Shown here: in pieces, positions 28,443 through 37,796 of the stretch | How positions within the stretch are numbered: the first letter of the stretch is position 1 | How the letters are laid out: the number at the start of each line of letters is the position of its first letter | Origin: an uncultured Acidobacteriia bacterium | GTDB taxonomy: Bacteria > Acidobacteriota > Terriglobia > Bryobacterales > Bryobacteraceae | Length of the DNA stretch: 64,000 nucleotides | Direction of reading: 5' to 3' | NCBI GenBank assembly: GCA_903923395.1 | Contig: CAIXXM010000072.1 | Location: 3,849 to 67,848, forward strand | Notes under the pieces: model-generated | The model's input: only the letters and a program-made list of their open reading frames with translations | The model's database searches: none | What the model was told of the DNA's origin: nothing | Made by a program: the position numbers and the translations under genes

Positions 28443-30499
28443 TGCATACGAACATGATGCTGGCGGACGCTTCAATCCGGGATGCCGCGGCAGGAATTGC
28501 CGCCGGGCTTCTTGCTCTGGTGCTGCGTAAGCGCTACCCAATCCTGGAAAGGAACTTGTGGATCATGGTGCTGGGCGGGATGCTGCTGATGCCCGCCTTG
28601 CAGAGCTTCCTGCCGCATCCGCACATTCCTGTCCCCGGACTGAACACGCCCCAGGCTGCCTATACGGCGCCGCTGCGGTTGGCTCCTGCCCCCGTAGGGA
28701 GTGTGGTGATTCCAGGCGTGGGAACGGCGCGGATAACGGTTGGCGGCCAGCCTGCTGACTTGCCGTTCTGGTCCTTGGGGAGCGCCGCCGTTGCGTGCTA
28801 CCTCGTGATCGTTGCAATCTTTCTGTTCCGCCTCATCTGGGGACTGCGTATGACCCGGGCTGCGCTGGCCTCTGCCAAGCCAGTCACAGGCGAACCGGGC
28901 ATCCGTTCGGAAATGAGTACGGGCGCCGAACTGGAAGCAGCGGTGCTTGAATCCGCTCAGGTGAACACGCCGCTCACAGCCGGGCTTGTCAATACCGTGA
29001 TTTGTCTTCCCACTGCGTGGAGGCAATGGAGTGCCGCGAAGCTCCGGCTGGTCCTGGCGCATGAGCGGTCTCATGTGCGCCACCGCGATAACTGGGTGCT
29101 GTTTGCAGCGGCGATCAACCGTTCGATTTTCTGGTTCCATCCGCTGGCGTGGTGGCTCGAACGTCGTTTGGCCGCGCTGGCGGAGGAAATTGCCGATGAC
29201 GCCGCTGCCGGCAACGCACAAAGCGCCCCGGAGTACGCGCGGGTGCTGGTCGAGATCTGTCAGGAAAGAATGGGCGGTCCGGGCCGGCTGGTGTGGCAGG
29301 GTGCCGCCATGGGTGCATCACGGAATTTCGAAAACCGTGTGCAGCGGATCCTCCGTGGCGGTGGCGTACGGGAGTTGAGACGGAGCGCCGCGCCTGTCCT
29401 TTCCTTCCTCACAGGGGTTGTCCTCATATTTCTGGCGGCGGTTCAATTGCAACCCAGGGCGCTGGCGCAGAACCAAATCATTCACGTTGGTTCGAAAATC
29501 CCAGACTCGGTTTATACCTTCGGGCATTTCCAGCTTTTGGAGTCGCGCCCCGCGGATATTAACGCAGAGGAGGCGGTGCGTCTGGAGGCAGCGCTCGCCG
29601 CAGACCCCGAAAACGAGTCGAGCCGCCGGAAGCTTACGGAGTATTACCTCAGGAATGGCAAGGCGCAGCAGCATGCCGAGCTCGTTCTATGGATGATTGA
29701 TCACCATCCCGAAGCGGCATTCCACATCTTCGTTACGTCCTCACTGCAGCGCGACGGCAGTTCCAACTATGAGGCAGGTCTTGCCAAATGGCGCGCACAA
29801 CTGGCGGCCCGCCCCAATGACACGGCTGTAATTGCGAACGCGGCCCGGGAACTGTATAGTTCGAATTTCGCGGAAGCTCTTGCTCTGTTGAAACGGGGGA
29901 TGGAGTTGCAGCCGGACCGGTTCGAACTAATGCTTGCGACCGCCTACGCGCATGCTCTGCAAACCCGTGCACTGCCCAAATCGAGCCTTCAGACATCGAT
30001 CACGCAACCCCTGGTTGTCGCGATCGTGGATAACGACCTCAACAACTCCAGCAACGCGAAACTGCTGCGGGAGGTGGCAAAACAATTGGCTCCCATGGTG
30101 AGAATCGCCGAACGAAATCCGCGGGCAGCAGACTTGGCATTGCTGGGGAAGCAGTCGGCGCAGCTACTGGACCGCGCCCGTGCACTGGACCCCGCAGGAG
30201 AACCGGTCAAAGCAGTTCCGCAAACATTCGCGGTGGTGCCGGACCTCTCCGTTCCGGCGGACACCACACTGACAGTCACCTCAAAGGAGCCTGGTTATCC
30301 CGAGTTGGCATTGAAAGCAAAGGTGCAGGGAAAGCTCCGCTTCCGGGTAGCAGCGGGCGCAGATGGGTTGCCGCAGAACATCCAGTTGGTCTCCGGGCAT
30401 CCACTGCTGGTGCAAGCAGGGATGGAGTTGCTGCGGAAGCAGACTTTTTCGAAGCAACAAGCCACGGTCGACGTCGTCTACTTACTGGAATCGAAATAG
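28439..30499 (+). CDS. BlaR1-like M56 peptidase sensor with TPR-like periplasmic region and C-terminal TonB_C-like domain
   Basis: 686 aa. HExxH motif in LVLAHERSHVRHRDN within the TM region. The C-terminus ...EPGYPELALKAKVQGKLRFRVAAGADGLPQNIQLVSGHPLL..AGMELLRK.TF is TonB-C-like. GTGATG overlap with the repressor gene. Confidence 0.85.
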   Translation: MMHTNMMLADASIRDAAAGIAAGLLALVLRKRYPILERNLWIMVLGGMLLMPALQSFLPHPHIPVPGLNTPQAAYTAPLRLAPAPVGSVVIPGVGTARITVGGQPADLPFWSLGSAAVACYLVIVAIFLFRLIWGLRMTRAALASAKPVTGEPGIRSEMSTGAELEAAVLESAQVNTPLTAGLVNTVICLPTAWRQWSAAKLRLVLAHERSHVRHRDNWVLFAAAINRSIFWFHPLAWWLERRLAALAEEIADDAAAGNAQSAPEYARVLVEICQERMGGPGRLVWQGAAMGASRNFENRVQRILRGGGVRELRRSAAPVLSFLTGVVLIFLAAVQLQPRALAQNQIIHVGSKIPDSVYTFGHFQLLESRPADINAEEAVRLEAALAADPENESSRRKLTEYYLRNGKAQQHAELVLWMIDHHPEAAFHIFVTSSLQRDGSSNYEAGLAKWRAQLAARPNDTAVIANAARELYSSNFAEALALLKRGMELQPDRFELMLATAYAHALQTRALPKSSLQTSITQPLVVAIVDNDLNNSSNAKLLREVAKQLAPMVRIAERNPRAADLALLGKQSAQLLDRARALDPAGEPVKAVPQTFAVVPDLSVPADTTLTVTSKEPGYPELALKAKVQGKLRFRVAAGADGLPQNIQLVSGHPLLVQAGMELLRKQTFSKQQATVDVVYLLESK

Positions 30500-30559
30500 A
30501 AGCAACAAGGGGCTGCCGCGCCCGTCATCCGGGGACGTGTCATACAATTTGGTTTCCAG

Positions 30560-31291
30560 ATGAAAGGTATTGTCCTAGCGGGAGGAACCGGCAGCCGCCT
30601 CTTTCCCTTAACCAAAATCACCAATAAGCACCTGCTCCCTATCTACGACAAGCCGATGATCTATTACCCCATCCAAACGCTTGTGGAAGCGGGGATTCAG
30701 GACATCATGGTGGTCACGGGCGGCAAAAATTCCGGTGACTTCCTGCGGCTTCTTGCGAATGGCAAGCAGTTTGGGCTCAAGCATATCGCCTACACGTACC
30801 AGGAAGGCGAAGGCGGCATCGCGGAGGCACTGCAACTCTGTGAACACTTCGCGGATGGCGACCGCATCTGTGTTGTGCTGGGCGACAACATCATTGAAAA
30901 GAGCATCGCCAAGGCGGTGCAAGAGTTCGAACAACAACCAAGCGGTGCGCGCATCCTCGTGAAAGAGGTCCACGATGCGGGCCGATTCGGCGTTGCCGAA
31001 TTTGACGGCGACCGGATTATCGGCATTGAAGAAAAGCCCCAGAAGCCAAAATCGAATTTCGCCGTCACCGGCATCTACATGTACGATGAGAGCGTCTTCG
31101 AAAAGATCTCAACGTGCCAGCCATCGAGCCGGGGCGAGTTGGAAATCACGGATGTCAATAATGCCTACATTCGGGAAGGCAACATGACATGGTCTGCACT
31201 GGACGGCTGGTGGACCGATGCCGGAACATTTGAATCATTGCTGCGGGCTGCCAACCTGGTGGCCAAAACGTCGCAAGGAGTAGCGGCATGA
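30560..31291 (+). CDS. sugar-1-phosphate nucleotidylyltransferase (short RmlA-like glucose-1-phosphate thymidylyltransferase family)
   Basis: 243 aa. MKGIVLAGGTGSRLFPLTKITNKHLLPIYDKPMIYYPI... signature. Confidence 0.88.
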   Translation: MKGIVLAGGTGSRLFPLTKITNKHLLPIYDKPMIYYPIQTLVEAGIQDIMVVTGGKNSGDFLRLLANGKQFGLKHIAYTYQEGEGGIAEALQLCEHFADGDRICVVLGDNIIEKSIAKAVQEFEQQPSGARILVKEVHDAGRFGVAEFDGDRIIGIEEKPQKPKSNFAVTGIYMYDESVFEKISTCQPSSRGELEITDVNNAYIREGNMTWSALDGWWTDAGTFESLLRAANLVAKTSQGVAA

Positions 31292-31827
31292 TCGCGCCGG
31301 AAACCGAAATCCCCACCTGTGAAAAAGGAATCGGCGATGTAATTCTGAGCCCCGAATCCCCCAAGCTGATCGATGGCGTGAAGATTGCGCCGGTCGCGCT
31401 TTGGCCGGATGACCGCGGGTACTTTCTGGAAGTCCAACGCCTCGGGTTGGGACTGGCAGCCAACTTCCCCAAAGAATCCTCGCAAATCTCGGCCGCGTTG
31501 AATTATCCCGGCATCATCAAAGCCTTTCACATCCACAAGTTTCAGACTGACTGCTGGACACCGGCAATGAACATGCTGCAGGTGGCGCTGGTGGACCTTC
31601 GCAAGAACTCGCCGACCTTCGGACGCCGGAACACGCTCTACGTTGGGAATCTGCGGCCCTGGCAATTACTGATCCCGCCGGGAGTGGCGCATGGCTACAA
31701 AGTGGTGGGGACCGGCCCCTCGATGCTGATTTATATGACGGACCGCTTCTACGATCCTTCCGACGAGGGCCGCATTCCTTATAACGACCCCAAGATCAAC
31801 TACGACTGGGAACTCCAGCACAAATAG
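31288..31827 (+). CDS. dTDP-4-dehydrorhamnose 3,5-epimerase (RmlC-like cupin) family protein
   Basis: 179 aa. ...DDRGYFLEV...IKAFHIHK.Q.D.W......LLIPPGVAHGY... ATGA overlap with the upstream gene. Confidence 0.82.
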   Translation: MIAPETEIPTCEKGIGDVILSPESPKLIDGVKIAPVALWPDDRGYFLEVQRLGLGLAANFPKESSQISAALNYPGIIKAFHIHKFQTDCWTPAMNMLQVALVDLRKNSPTFGRRNTLYVGNLRPWQLLIPPGVAHGYKVVGTGPSMLIYMTDRFYDPSDEGRIPYNDPKINYDWELQHK

Positions 31828-31828
31828 T

Positions 31829-32833
31829 GTGCGCGCTGCTCTGGATTCCACACCGCTGACGCTCACTTCGGGAGGCCTCGCCCGCTATGTGACGGAACTG
31901 CACCGGGCTTTGACTCTTGCCTTTCCTGAAGACACCTTTACTCTGCTCACGGATCAAGACCGTCAGCTTTCCGGCCTGCACAAACGCTGGTGGCTTTATG
32001 GTTTGCCGCGCCTTCTGCGCGAATCCGGTGTTCAGGTCTTTCATGGCACCAACTTTGAAGTGCCGTATCTGGGACGGACACCGAGTGTGATGACTGTGCA
32101 CGACCTTTCGCCTTGGAAGAATCCCGAATGGCACTCGAACGCCCGCCGCGTGCGGCGCAGAACGCCACTACTATTGAATCTGGGCCGCGCACGCCGCATC
32201 CTTACACCCAGCGAAGCGGTTCGGCGTGAGGTTATTTCACATTTCCGACAGAGCCCGGAAAAAGTGCACGCCGTACCTCTCGCTGCCGCAGATTTCTTCC
32301 GGCCTGTGGATGTCCCGCCCGTCCACCCGAGGCCATTCTTCCTCTTCACTGGTACCCTGGAGCCGCGTAAGAATGTCACTGGGCTCATCGAAGCATGGCA
32401 GCAGGCTCAAACCGGGATCGACCTGATCCTGGCAGGGCGCCGCCGCGCGGACGCTCCGTCACTAACGGCCATGGCCGGTCTGCATTTTGCGGGTGAGGTT
32501 CCAGACGAACAACTGGCCGCACTCTATTCCCAGGCGCTTGCCTTCGTCTATCCAACGTTTTATGAAGGCTTCGGGCTCCCCGTGCTGGAAGCCATGCAAT
32601 GCGGCTGTCCGGTGATCACATCACAGGACTCCGCCGTCCAGGAGGTTTCCAAAGGGGCGGCCATTCATGCCGGTTCGACCGCGGAACTCGCCAATGCGCT
32701 GCGGCAAACTGCCGCGGATGCCAATCTCCGCCGCGCGATGCGGGAGGCTGGCTTGCTTCGGGCACGGGCCTTCTCCTGGCAGGAAACTGCCCGCCAAACC
32801 AGAGCTGTTTATGAACTGGCGGTCCGCCATTGA
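31829..32833 (+). CDS. glycosyltransferase family 4 (GT-B)
   Basis: 334 aa with a GTG start. ...GGLARYVTEL... and C-terminal ...FVYPTFYEGFGLPVLEAMQCGCPVITS... Confidence 0.88.
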   Translation: MRAALDSTPLTLTSGGLARYVTELHRALTLAFPEDTFTLLTDQDRQLSGLHKRWWLYGLPRLLRESGVQVFHGTNFEVPYLGRTPSVMTVHDLSPWKNPEWHSNARRVRRRTPLLLNLGRARRILTPSEAVRREVISHFRQSPEKVHAVPLAAADFFRPVDVPPVHPRPFFLFTGTLEPRKNVTGLIEAWQQAQTGIDLILAGRRRADAPSLTAMAGLHFAGEVPDEQLAALYSQALAFVYPTFYEGFGLPVLEAMQCGCPVITSQDSAVQEVSKGAAIHAGSTAELANALRQTAADANLRRAMREAGLLRARAFSWQETARQTRAVYELAVRH

Positions 32834-34044
32834 GACCAGCCGTGCTCATGCTTTCGGCCGAACGCCCTTATCCGCTGCATGGCGGAGGTGCCTACCGGAC
32901 CGCTTCCCTGCTGCACTACTTCGCCCAGTTCGCTGACATTGATCTAATTCTGCTGGCGGAAGACGCACATGAAGCACCGGTGCCCGCGGGCATCCTCCGG
33001 TCACAGCATGTCATTACTCTGCCGAAACACATCAAGACCATCGGCGAACGCTACAAACGCAATATTGCCAGGGCCATCCGCGGTGTTCCCCCGCTGATTG
33101 ACCGTCTCGCCGGGCAGGAAGCGGAGATCAAACGCCTGCTGGCGGGCAAGCACTATGACCTGGCAATCGTGGAACATTTCTGGTGCGCCCCTTACCTGGA
33201 AACCCTAAAGCCGTACTGCGGGGAAACGGTCCTTGATTTGCATAATGTGGAATCAGTGCTACACCGTTCGTGCGCCAAAATTGACACGCCGTTGATTGCT
33301 CTGGGCCAACTGCGTTTCGCGGCTGCGGCTGAAAAACTGGAGAAACAATGGCTGCCCGGGTATTCCAGGGTGATGGTGACATCGGAAGCGGATGCACTCC
33401 GCGTGCAGGAGCTCGCCCCCGGCGCAAGGACCATTGTGTATCCGAATGCCCTGCCTTGTAGAGAAAAGCCGCAGGTGCCGGAGAAACCGCTCATCGTCTT
33501 TGCGGCAAACTTTGAATACCATCCGAATATCGATGCGGTGCGGTTCCTGGCGGACGAAATCTGGCCGCTGGTGCGTGAAAAGCACCCAGAACTGACGCTG
33601 CGTCTGGTCGGCCGGGGGAACAAGTTTGTCCGTCATCTGATTACGGATACGACCGGGATTGAGTTCAGCGGCCCCATCCCGGATACTTTGCCCGAAGTGG
33701 CCGCTGCCACCGCCGTGGTTGCTCCCCTGCGGGCTGGCAGCGGGACACGCATCAAGATTCTTGAAGCATGGGCTGCGGGCCGGGCGGTGATTGCCACGCC
33801 CCTGGCGGCGGAAGGGCTGGAGGCCAGAGACGGAAGTAATATCCTGCTTGGTTCCGCAGCGGGCGAAGTGGCGCTCCAACTCTGCCGCGCTGTGGAAGAC
33901 AGGCATCTGCGTGAACGCCTGGGCAGTGCCGGACGTCATCTTTTCGAAGACCGCTACTCTTGGCCCGCCGCGTGGCGCAATCTCTCTGTTTACAACAACT
34001 TTGCAAATCGGCCGACCGCTGACGGATATACTGGAATAATCTAA
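32830..34044 (+). CDS. glycosyltransferase family 4 (GT-B)
   Basis: 404 aa with a TTG start. MRPAVLMLSAERPYPLHGGG..., ...VVAPLRAGSGTRIKILEAWAAGRAVIAT... Confidence 0.85.
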   Translation: MRPAVLMLSAERPYPLHGGGAYRTASLLHYFAQFADIDLILLAEDAHEAPVPAGILRSQHVITLPKHIKTIGERYKRNIARAIRGVPPLIDRLAGQEAEIKRLLAGKHYDLAIVEHFWCAPYLETLKPYCGETVLDLHNVESVLHRSCAKIDTPLIALGQLRFAAAAEKLEKQWLPGYSRVMVTSEADALRVQELAPGARTIVYPNALPCREKPQVPEKPLIVFAANFEYHPNIDAVRFLADEIWPLVREKHPELTLRLVGRGNKFVRHLITDTTGIEFSGPIPDTLPEVAAATAVVAPLRAGSGTRIKILEAWAAGRAVIATPLAAEGLEARDGSNILLGSAAGEVALQLCRAVEDRHLRERLGSAGRHLFEDRYSWPAAWRNLSVYNNFANRPTADGYTGII

Positions 34045-35207
34045 TGAGATTTGCCGTCGACGCTCATGCAATCGGCAGACATTTAACGGGGAACGAAGTG
34101 TACGTAAGGAGCCTCCTGGAGGCCTTTGCGGCGATCGACCAGGATTCCGAATTTGTAGCCTACGTTTCGGCGTCCGGGGCAGAACACCAAATCCCTGCAC
34201 GATTCCGCGTGCGCACGGTTGCCTCGAATCCCTATGCCCGCCTGGGCTGGGATTTAGCCCGTTTGGTCCGACAGGACAAGCCGGATCTGGTACACGTGCA
34301 ATACACTGCTCCGCTGCTGACAGCGGTACCTGTCGTGACGACGGTCCATGATGTGAGTTTCCTGGAGCATCCTGAATTCTTCACCGTGAGCCGCCGAACG
34401 CAACTCAGGCTCACCGTGGCCCGGACCGTGCGAAGCGCGGCGAAGATCCTCACCGTCAGTGAGTTCTCCCGCGATTCCATCCTGCGCGCGTATGACATTC
34501 CGCCTGACAAGGTGCGCGTGGTGCCGAACGCAGCGAGCCCGGTTTTCCGTCCCATTGGGCGGGAGAAGGCGAAGAAAGCCGTCGCGGGGACTCTCGGGTT
34601 CGAACAGCCTTTCGTCCTCTGTGTGGGTGATATGGTGCCGCGCAAGAACCAGACCGGGTTGATTGAGGCGTTCTCGAGGCTCGTCAGGAACAATCCACAG
34701 TTTCCGCATCACCTTGTTCTGACCGGTAATCTCAACTGGAACACTCCCCGCGTGAAAGAGGCTGCGGCTGCTTCGGGAATTGCTTCCCGCATCCACTTCA
34801 CCGGCTTCGTGCCGGACGGGGACTTGCTGAACCTCTACAACGCGTGCGAGTGCTTCGTCTTCCCGAGTCTCTATGAGGGTTTCGGCATGCCGATCCTGGA
34901 AGCGATGGCCTGCGGCAAAGCCGTGCTCTGCTCCAACACTTCCGCCATGCCTGAAGTGGCTGACGGAGCCGGTCTGCTGTTCAACCCGCATGCACCCGCC
35001 GACATGGAGCGCGCCATGCGCGATGTGCTCATCGACGCTGAACTGCGCGGGCGTATGGAACGGCTGGGGCTGCAACGGGCCAGCCTGTTCAGTTGGCAGA
35101 AGAGCGCACGGGCCACGCTGGATGCGTACCGGGAGGCCGTTGCCGCGCCAATTCAGCTCCACACGAAAGTCCGCACGGCTGTTCCCGTGCATGATCGGAA
35201 ACAATGA
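34044..35207 (+). CDS. glycosyltransferase family 4 (GT-B)
   Basis: 387 aa. ...FVFPSLYEGFGMPILEAMACGKAVLCSNTSAMPEV... TAATG junction with the upstream gene. Confidence 0.9.
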   Translation: MRFAVDAHAIGRHLTGNEVYVRSLLEAFAAIDQDSEFVAYVSASGAEHQIPARFRVRTVASNPYARLGWDLARLVRQDKPDLVHVQYTAPLLTAVPVVTTVHDVSFLEHPEFFTVSRRTQLRLTVARTVRSAAKILTVSEFSRDSILRAYDIPPDKVRVVPNAASPVFRPIGREKAKKAVAGTLGFEQPFVLCVGDMVPRKNQTGLIEAFSRLVRNNPQFPHHLVLTGNLNWNTPRVKEAAAASGIASRIHFTGFVPDGDLLNLYNACECFVFPSLYEGFGMPILEAMACGKAVLCSNTSAMPEVADGAGLLFNPHAPADMERAMRDVLIDAELRGRMERLGLQRASLFSWQKSARATLDAYREAVAAPIQLHTKVRTAVPVHDRKQ

Positions 35208-35890
35208 ACCGGCTGTTGCTTCTCCTCCTGGTGCCTCTGGTATTTGCCCCGGCTGCGGATAATGCCGGCTTTCCCTTCACCGATGAACAGCTCACTTACT
35301 CCATCAATTGGCCCAGTGGACTAAGTTTGGGCGAAGGGAAACTTAACTCGCGCCACACCGGTGAAGGCTGGGACCTGGAACTTACACTGGATGCCGCCAT
35401 TCCCGGTTATGCGGTGAAAGACAGTTATAAGTCGCGCGCCACGGCAGCAATGTGTTCCAGTTATTTCGCCCGGAATTCCCTGCACGGCAAGAAGAAAGTG
35501 GATGAAACAACCAGCGTGGATTTTGGCAAGAAAGTAGCCACCCGTGCCACCGCTGGCGGAGGCAAGACCGACATCCCCCTGACCGAATGCCTGAAAGATG
35601 CCCTCTCCTATCTGTTTTGGTGCCGCCGTGAACTGGGGCAAGGCCGTGTTCCTTCCGCCCAGCCCGTGCTGTTCGGCGCGCTTTACCAGGCCGATTTTCA
35701 GTATGCGGGCGAAGCGCAGATCGCGGTGAATGACAAGCCAACGAAAACCGATAAATTGCTCTGCCATTTGAAAGGTCCGGCATCGGATATCAAGTTCGAG
35801 ATGTACGTCGCGCGTGATGCTGCCCGGACGCCTCTCGTCTTCCGTGTTCCCCTTCCCATGGGAACTTTTTCCATGGAGATTGTCCGCTAA
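35204..35890 (+). CDS. secreted hypothetical protein (DUF3108-like)
   Basis: 228 aa. Signal peptide MNRLLLLLLVPLVFAPAADN. ...LTYSINWPSGLSLGEGKL... resembles the DUF3108 beta-rich family, recalled from memory. ATGA overlap. Confidence 0.55.
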   Translation: MNRLLLLLLVPLVFAPAADNAGFPFTDEQLTYSINWPSGLSLGEGKLNSRHTGEGWDLELTLDAAIPGYAVKDSYKSRATAAMCSSYFARNSLHGKKKVDETTSVDFGKKVATRATAGGGKTDIPLTECLKDALSYLFWCRRELGQGRVPSAQPVLFGALYQADFQYAGEAQIAVNDKPTKTDKLLCHLKGPASDIKFEMYVARDAARTPLVFRVPLPMGTFSMEIVR

Positions 35891-35892
35891 CT

Positions 35893-37014
35893 GTGCCGCT
35901 GAAAATAGCCTATTTCTCGCCCATGCCGCCATCGAAGAGCGGTATCGCGGATTACTCAGAAGCCTTGCTGGAAGACCTGCGCGGCTTCGCAGAAGTCGAA
36001 GTGTTTTCGAGCGCCGGCCAAACCTTCGACCCTTCCCGGTTCGACGCCGCCGTCTATCATATCGGCAACAACGTTTATCACGACTTTGTCTATGAGACGG
36101 CGCTCCGGGTACCCGGAATCGTCGTCATGCATGAGGCAAACCTGCACCACCTGCTGGCCGATATCACCATCAAGCGTGATAACTGGGATGCCTATGTGGC
36201 GGAGTGTGAGTACAACGGAGGCCCGGAAGCGCTGGCTTTCGCGAAGCGTGTTCGCGCACTCGAAGTGGGTCCGGATTACGAAGGCCTGCCCATGACGCGC
36301 CGTTTGTATCAGGCTTCGAAAGGCGTGATTGTCCACTCTGCGTTCATGGTGGAAGAAGTGCGGCGGCAGGGCTTCACCGGACCGGTGGCACAGATCCCGC
36401 ACGGTGCCTGGATTCCTCAAACGCGCCGCCAGGATATCCGCTGCCTGCTGGGTGTGGATGAAGCAACGCCGCTGATTGGTGCGTTCGGTTACATCAAGCC
36501 CTATAAACGGATTGCGGAAAGTCTGCGCGCCCTGCGCCGGATGGTTCGTTTGGACCCCCGTGTGCGGATGATTCTGGTGGGCGAACCTCATCCGGATTTC
36601 CCTGTGCAGGAACTGGTGAAAACTCTCGGACTGGAAGAACACGTCAGGATCATAGGATTCGTCCCGATTCACGAATTTGTGGACTATATGAGCGCCTGCG
36701 ACATCATTCTGAACCTTCGCTATCCCACGGTTGGCGAAACTTCCGGCAGTCTGCTGCGGGCTCTGGGTTTGGGCCGCGCTGTGATGGTGAGTGACATCGG
36801 CAGCTTCTCTGAACTACCGGATGAGATCTGTCTCAAAGTACCCATCGGACCGGAAGAAGAAGATCTTATCTTCGAATTTCTCAATGTTCTGGTATCGCGT
36901 CCGGATCTGGCGCAGGCCATGGGATCCCGCGCGAAGGCTTGGGTGGAACGCGAGTGCAACTGGCGCTCCGTGGCACAACGGTATGTGCAGTTTCTGAGCG
37001 GGCTGACAGCATGA
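35893..37014 (+). CDS. glycosyltransferase family 4 (GT-B)
   Basis: 373 aa with a GTG start. MPLKIAYFSPMPPSKSGIADYSE... and ...LNLRYPTVGETSGSLLRALGLGRAVMVSD... Confidence 0.85.
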   Translation: MPLKIAYFSPMPPSKSGIADYSEALLEDLRGFAEVEVFSSAGQTFDPSRFDAAVYHIGNNVYHDFVYETALRVPGIVVMHEANLHHLLADITIKRDNWDAYVAECEYNGGPEALAFAKRVRALEVGPDYEGLPMTRRLYQASKGVIVHSAFMVEEVRRQGFTGPVAQIPHGAWIPQTRRQDIRCLLGVDEATPLIGAFGYIKPYKRIAESLRALRRMVRLDPRVRMILVGEPHPDFPVQELVKTLGLEEHVRIIGFVPIHEFVDYMSACDIILNLRYPTVGETSGSLLRALGLGRAVMVSDIGSFSELPDEICLKVPIGPEEEDLIFEFLNVLVSRPDLAQAMGSRAKAWVERECNWRSVAQRYVQFLSGLTA

Positions 37015-37796
37015 TCGACGCTGATTACATCCGCGGGTGGACAGCCGCCGACGCACACGGCTATGTGGAGCAACACCATACCCGGCTGGTCAAGACACTG
37101 GAGATTACGCCTCCGGGTGATGCCTCAAAAGCCGTGCTCGAGATGGGTGCTTACATGCAAATCACCCCGGCATTGCATTTCAAGCTTGGTTATGGCCGAG
37201 TGCGCGGCTGTTACTACGGCACTCTGGGCACGGTGGATCATAAGGCGATTGAGTCGGTGAACGGCGAGCATTTCGAGTGCGACATTGATCATTTTGACGC
37301 GGAAAAAGATATCTTCCCCTACGATGATCAGTCCTTCGATACGGTAATCTGTGGCGAACTGCTGGAACACCTTTTCGAAGACCCGATGCATATGATGTTT
37401 GAGATCAACCGGATTCTCAAACCAGGCGGGCATCTGGTCTTAACCACGCCAAATATCGGATCACTCCGCGGACTTGCCGCTGTGCTACAGGGCTATCATC
37501 CCGGCTTCTTCCCCGCATATACTTACCCGCGCGAGAAGAATGAAGATGCCGCACCCCGGCATAACCGCGAATACATGCCGATGGAGATACAGCATCTTTT
37601 CACCGATGCCGGCTTCAGCACGGAACTGATCACCACCGGCGAATTTGCCGAATTGCCGCACCCGGAATACGCCTGGGTGCAACATCTTCTCGAAAGATAC
37701 CAACTCCCGCGCGACTTACGCGGAGACGGTATCTATGCGGTAGGCAGCAAAACAGGCGCACCCCGGAAGCGCTGGCCGGAGTGGCTCTATCAATGA
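37011..37796 (+). CDS. class I SAM-dependent methyltransferase
   Basis: ATG 37011 forms an ATGA overlap with the upstream stop. ...VLEMGAY..., ...DTVICGELLEHLFEDP..., ...ILKPGGHLVLTTPN... The track start at 36939 is rejected. Confidence 0.82.
   Translation: MIDADYIRGWTAADAHGYVEQHHTRLVKTLEITPPGDASKAVLEMGAYMQITPALHFKLGYGRVRGCYYGTLGTVDHKAIESVNGEHFECDIDHFDAEKDIFPYDDQSFDTVICGELLEHLFEDPMHMMFEINRILKPGGHLVLTTPNIGSLRGLAAVLQGYHPGFFPAYTYPREKNEDAAPRHNREYMPMEIQHLFTDAGFSTELITTGEFAELPHPEYAWVQHLLERYQLPRDLRGDGIYAVGSKTGAPRKRWPEWLYQ

Noticed and set aside
33259-35204. Minus-strand ORFs of 313 and 316 aa (33259-34200, 34254-35204)
   Set aside because: Antisense to two GT4 genes that carry clear EX7E-type motifs, with no motifs of their own.
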